A stretch of 63,588 nt of DNA, filler included, from Licmophora abbreviata (Eukaryota), in the NCBI GenBank assembly GCA_900291995.1. It is 11 parts of 11 records of this genome, joined end to end, with 100 filler letters (N's around TTAATTAATTAA, not from the genome) between each part and the next. Parts side by side here need not be neighbours in the genome. Positions count along the whole stretch, not along the records: positions 55,822 to 61,143 come from OLMU01003637.1; positions 61,244 to 63,588 come from OLMU01003640.1; 9 more parts are not named here. One strand, given 5' to 3'. Under the pieces are notes generated by a model. The model made no database searches. It saw nothing but the letters and a program-made list of their open reading frames with translations, and was not told where the DNA came from. Of the stretch, positions 58,344-63,588 are shown piece after piece. Made by a program: the position numbers and the translations under genes. The first letter of the stretch is position 1. Each line of letters starts with the position of its first letter.

Positions 58344-59032
58344 TCAAAAGATTGGAACATGAGCCACATAGTCCACAAAGTTGAGAACTGCCAAAAAGAT
58401 CAATACCTCCACCCAAAACTTTGGGTCTCGTGCGATCTCTCCAAAGCGTTCACCCGCTCCATCTGGATCAATATTGTCAATGATAGGATTCGGCACCAGC
58501 ATGTCCTCATCGTAGTCTTCATAGCTTAGATCTTCCAAGACATCATTGATGTCATCCAAGAGTCTTCCGCCTGTGTCATAGTCATCTTCTTCTTCGTCCT
58601 CGTCATACTCTTCATCATCATCATCATCGTAGTATGCTCTTCTGTTGCTTCGAGTCTCCCTCTCCTCGTCGTCGTAGTAGTAGTCCGCTTCTTCCTGCTC
58701 GTCAAAGTACGGCCGACGCCCACTCCGCCGACGCGGAACGCGAACTTTTTCACGATCATCATCGTCGTTATAGTAGTCGCCATCCTCTTTGCGACTCTGT
58801 GAGAGTATCGTCGTAGAGAGTGCTGCTGAGGCTTGTGGTTGGGACGACGATGTCAGCATGATGGTGGGGTGTCGCGGCAGGACGGATGGCCGCAGTCGTC
58901 CCACTGTAAAGGCATAGCAGTCATTCCAGCAGAAGAGAACTGACACCCCTATCTGAAGCAGTAGAACCAACAGCAACATGGGTGCTCGTTGTCGTCGCAG
59001 CATCTGGCAGGGTCGTCTCTGCTGGCCCGTCA
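58344..59032 (-). CDS. Acidic Asp/Tyr-rich hypothetical protein, plastid-type presequence, C-terminal TM (start uncertain)
   Basis: Signal MLLLVLLLQIGVSVLFCWNDCYAF; PNPIIDNIDPDGAGER; FWVEVLIFLAVLNF. Confidence 0.6.
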
Positions 59033-59324
59033 TGGTGTCGATTGTGCTGTCGAGGGTCGAGATGTCGAGATATTTTGTCATCCTAGCGAGAAGGTCCACG
59101 TGGCACTGCATTGTGGCCACCAGCTGGACAGATGCCAGACGGATTGACGGAGGGAATCGGAATCCGAGAAGCACGGAGACCTTCTACAACTGTCTGCAAT
59201 TAGAAAGATTCCGTCAACAGCAAGATTCCCCTTTCGGTATCCTTCGACTTGCTTCTGCTTTCACAATGATGTTCGACCGGCCGTAGCCAGTGCTCCTCTT
59301 GTTTTACACCTGCGACACTACATC

Positions 59325-60808
59325 ATGTCAGATCCTGTCACATCTAGTAGCAACGACTTGGAAGGCGACGACATTTGGGGCGACGAGGAGAACACGAATG
59401 AAGGAGGAGGAGCAGAAGACGATGAGACACGCCACTGGAGTCTGGGAGAATTGCGACAGCGCATTCACTTGTTGAACAATGACATTCGCATCATGAAGAG
59501 TGACGTGCAGCGTATTACACATGAGTCTCGCGCCCAACGGGATCGGATTCGCGAAAATCAGGAAAAGGTCAAGCTGAACAAGCAGTTGCCCTATCTTGTG
59601 GCGAATGTCGTGGAAATCTTAGAACCGGATGCTGAAGATGGTGAGTGAATCGTTTTCTTTTGGAGGGGCAGACTTTACCTGTTGTAGAAAGCTCTGCTCC
59701 GTCTAGAAGAAGTACCTGATTCTTATGCTCGCTCGCCTTTCTCCCTATCACCCTCAATTTACGCATAGGTCTCGAAGAGGAAGAAACGGAAGCTGGTGAT
59801 GCCATGACGGACTCGTCCAAGAAGACACGCTCCGCTGTCGTGCGTACAAGCACCCGTCAGACCATATTTTTGCCAGTTCCCGGTCTGGTCAATCCCGATG
59901 AGCTTAAACCGTCCGATCTCGTTGGGACCAACAAGGACTCTTATCTCATTCTCGAAAAACTCCCGGAAGAATTCGATTCTCGCGTACAAGCCATGGAAGT
60001 CGATGAACGTCCCACGGAAGAGTACAGCGATATTGGCGGTGCCGATCAGCAAATCCAAGAATTGATTGAAGCCGTCGTACTTCCCATGACACACAAGGAT
60101 ATGTTTGATACGATCGGCATCCGTCCGCCCAAGGGCGTCTTGCTGCACGGACCTCCCGGTACTGGCAAGACTCTTCTCGCTCGGGCCTGTGCCAACCAGA
60201 CCAACGCCATCTTTCTCAAGTTGGCGGGTCCCCAGCTTGTTCAGATGTTTATCGGAGACGGAGCGAAGCTTATTCGTGACGCCTTTGAACTTGCCAAGGC
60301 GAAAATCAAGGCGGGGACGAGCAACGGCGCGATTTTGTTCATTGACGAGATTGACGCGATTGGCACGAAACGGTTTGGAGGAGATCAGAGTGGCGATCGA
60401 GAAGTGCAGCGAACTATGCTGGAACTACTTAGTCAGCTGGATGGCTTCAGCAGCAACGAAATGATCAAGGTTATTGCAGCTACGAATCGTCCGGATGTGT
60501 TGGACCCAGCACTGTTGCGGAGTGGGCGATTGGATCGGAAAATTGAATTGCCGCATCCAACCGAAGAGGCCCGTTCCAAAATTATGAGGATTCATTCGCG
60601 CAAGATGAATGTGTCGCCAGAGGTAGTCTTTGAGGAACTGGCTCGGTCGTGTGAGGACTTCAACGGAGCACAGTTGAAGGCCGTCTGTGTCGAGGCGGGC
60701 ATGTTGGCTTTGCGTCGGGAGAGTTCGGAAATCATGCATGAAGACTTTGTCGAAGCTATTACCGTTGTTGCGGCCAAGAAGAAGGGAAGTCTGGACTACT
60801 TTGCGTAG
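59325..60808 (+). CDS. RPT5: 26S proteasome AAA-ATPase subunit 6A (Rpt5/PSMC3), intron 59641-59768
   Basis: [52 protein letters not shown]-terminal HbYX-like DYFA. Confidence 0.97.
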
Positions 60809-61243
60809 ATGTTGGTGAGAAGAGTCAAGAGGAAATGGACGACAGCAGCAAGAGCAAGGGGGCCAGTGGCAGCTATAGATGCAGCTATAACTTGCTTGTA
60901 CCGGTAGTAAACGTGCCAAACATCACGTCAGACTGTCGCATCTTCCTTTTCTCTTTCATTCTGTAGACAAGGAGCTGTCATGCTGTAAGACGACCTACTT
61001 GCTCGACTTGCTCAGTCATTCATATAAAGATTCGATGCACTGATTGAAATGTAAGATGGCGAGCACTCCGTCATTGGCGCTGAACGGCGGAGCGCAGGAT
61101 TGATCGCGTCTGACCGCGGTACCGGTCCAGGCACGCCGATGATNNNNNNNNNNNNNNNNNNNNNNNNNNNNNNNNNNNNNNNNNNNNTTAATTAATTAAN
61201 NNNNNNNNNNNNNNNNNNNNNNNNNNNNNNNNNNNNNNNNNNN

Positions 61244-61832
61244 GTTCCGGTGTTCCGTCGGCACCATCCATCTCTACGACAAGCTCATCCAAGGGGCGAC
61301 CAAAGCAGTCGACCAATTGCGTGCCTTCCGAGACAGAGACGGTCGCGAGGCTGTCTAGTATTTTGGCAACGCCATCCATGTTTGCTGGCTCGTCTTTATT
61401 GTCGCTGTAGATAAAGGCAATCGGTGGTCTGTAGGCTACGACGACACCAACAGCACCGCTCGGAAGCATTACTTGATGCCCCAGAATCTCGTCACCCTGG
61501 TCGGAGGAGGTTTTGGGTCCACCACCGGCATGTGCAATTTCGTCTCGAATCTGGACTGCTGAAAGACCACCGCGGTAGTACGAAAGAATGGCGCCTTCGG
61601 CGATGGGCTTGCCCAAAGGCTTGGGAGCCTGATTCACCGGTTCCTCGGATACAAGCTTGTCGTCTGTAGTCAGAGCCGAAGCGCTTCGAGTCAAAGAAAA
61701 AGACCTAGTCTGGGAAGTGAGACCACGACGTGCGGGACCCACTGCAAGGCTCCAGGCAGTGGTAGTCGTACTCATGCTCGACGTGTACACCATCGAGAAG
61801 CAGGTCAACGCTGACCCAAAATTCACCCGCAT
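61244..61832 (-). CDS. Signal-bearing protein fragment, possibly the N-terminus of a divergent ATP synthase alpha-like protein; 3'-truncated by gap
   Basis: Presequence ending TTAW; LGHQVMLPSGAVGVVVA and LVDCFGRPLD resemble the F1-alpha beta-barrel and RVVDxLGxPID. Confidence 0.45.
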
Positions 61833-62420
61833 GGTATTGTCTGGCCGTATGAAGGAGGGACCGCGACGAGCTGCAACCGAAACAAGCAGGCCCAAGGGAG
61901 ATCCCCGATGCATGTATCTCTTCGACGCAAACCCTCAAGAGCTCTCTTGGGACAAGTTGCGATGATGGCTGTGATGCTGATACTGCTGCCACAGATCAAA
62001 ATGCCTTCGCCACGATTGACCGGAAATTTCGTGGTCCTCACAAGTCCGTGCGTGCGTCAATCTTTGTTTGAATGTAAGTTTGTCTACTTCATGCCCTTCA
62101 GAATGCGTGACAGCCGAGCATAGGATAAACCCTGGCGGTGCCCTCGATAGTCGAGCAGAAGGCTATCAAAACCGCCGGTGCCGAGACCGGGCAATGCTGA
62201 TGGTCTAAGGGTATCAAATAGACCTGATGGTACCCATAAACACCACCGATAGATGTTAACTAGCGCCAAGTGTGTAGGCAAAGTCTGCTCTGCTGAAAAA
62301 TGAAATCAAGACTCTGCTCTATGCTGCATGAACTTCGCAAACTCACGCTATCTTAATATCAAAGAAGTCTATAGATGCAACGATACTCTCTAGGGGTACA
62401 AGGGTGATTGTAGTATATAT

Positions 62421-63576
62421 CTAGTCAGTTCCCACGGCCGATGCCAGTTCATCCAACAAATTCGTCTGGTGATGATAAAGGCGTTTGGCAAATTCATACA
62501 AGTCAACATCGTATAGATTACGTTGTCGAATGGCCTTCCATTCCGGAGAATCAGGGGAGGGAATCGGGTGCGGATTCGTATTGATAGGTTCCTCTACCGC
62601 AAACTTGCGAATGCACGAGTGCTGATAGGGTGTTGCGCCCCAGCCAAAATACTTCAACAGTCGCTCACCGGCGTCTAGCATGTTTGATGTCAATAAGATC
62701 AATGCTTTTTGTCTCAAAATCTCCTTGGCCATGGCTAAATCTCGTGGCTCCAGATCTCCCACCATCTTGTCGATTAGTCTTCGCGTGACCCAGTTGTTGT
62801 AACAATAGTTACTGCTTCCATACTCCAACATGGTCATATTTTGGACTTCCGGTTTGTAATTTCGTTCCCAGGTCGCCACTTTTGTGTAATAGAACTTACT
62901 GATCGCTCTTTCCACGGGGTCACGCAACACAAGAAAAAGACGGCCCCGATGTTGAGGACTCATAATGCCCAGTGCTTCGTACACCCGAGACGTATCCAAA
63001 ACGAATTTGTCAAAATTTCGTTCCACTAGCTTCAAACGGACGATGCGTTCGATACCGTCAATAGACGAGGCATCGGCGTTTATGACTGAGCCCCATTCCA
63101 ATTTGCAGACTTTCACATCGGATTCTTTGTCGTTGCATTCTGGAAGCGTCATACGACGCGTCTGAGTTCGCTCGAGGCACGTCATGATGTGTTTCATGGA
63201 CGACCCACCTGATTTGTGAATGTGCCAGAAGTAAGGAATTTGAGACCCTTGCTGGAAGGGTAGATCTTCCTCGAAATTGTGCAGCAGCGAGTATTGTTCG
63301 TGATTTCGAACCACTTCGACCAGATTGGGATCGAGTGGAGGAAGCTGCTTGAAACTCCCCTTGGCAAGCTCGTTGGTCGAAGACATTCTAGGAGTAGGTT
63401 GTGTCTCTCCATGAGCATCGCTTAGTGTAACTTTCTCCGATGAATGTGACGTTTGCACTTTCACGGAGCTATCTGTTGTGTTTGCCGAAACAGAGAAAGA
63501 GCCTGCTGCTGGTTGCTCCACGGGCTGATCTGAGTTGACATCTTGTTTAGTCGGAGACACAATCGTTTCAGGATAC
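62421..63576 (-). CDS. Sulfotransferase-family protein (diatom Golgi type), 5' end beyond the window
   Basis: 5'-PAPS motif FWHIHKSGGSS, 3'-PAPS motif LRDPVERAISKFYY, NLYDVDLYEFA. Confidence 0.85.
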
Positions 63577-63588
63577 TGTAGTTTCTCT

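Noticed and set aside
62124..62134. TAAACCCT as a telomerase RNA template
   Set aside because: Only 8 nt, too short to be significant, and no supporting promoter or terminator was identified.

Overview
Gene-dense, intron-containing eukaryotic nuclear DNA (about 50% GC, short GT-AG introns), almost certainly from a diatom. Several proteins carry bipartite plastid presequences with ASAF-type cleavage motifs, e.g. RPE 'SSASAFG', EngA 'THAF' and DUF2358 'TNGFAP'. The window is a scaffold of 11 contigs joined by ten artificial 100-nt spacers (44N-TTAATTAATTAA-44N). About 38 protein-coding genes can be supported. Most are housekeeping: ureG, der/engA, ileS, rpe, serC, MYST HAT, mitochondrial ACP, ERGIC3, RPT5, SFT2, MgtE, an MFS transporter and a mitochondrial carrier. 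No rRNA, tRNA, CRISPR array or recognisable transposon was seen. The most notable items are: (1) an intronless SpsF-type cytidylyltransferase::NeuB/NANS-type synthase fusion, a candidate one-gene core for sialic/nonulosonic acid synthesis and activation; (2) a predicted mitochondrion-targeted rhodoquinone synthase RquA; (3) a three-exon barrier-to-autointegration-factor (BAF)-like gene missed by the ORF track; (4) a redox-dead SelW/Rdx-fold protein, a possible nuclear ATP synthase alpha-like protein, and a class C GPCR with a duplicated intron-carrying tail module. All family calls come from motif recognition by eye; no searches were run.
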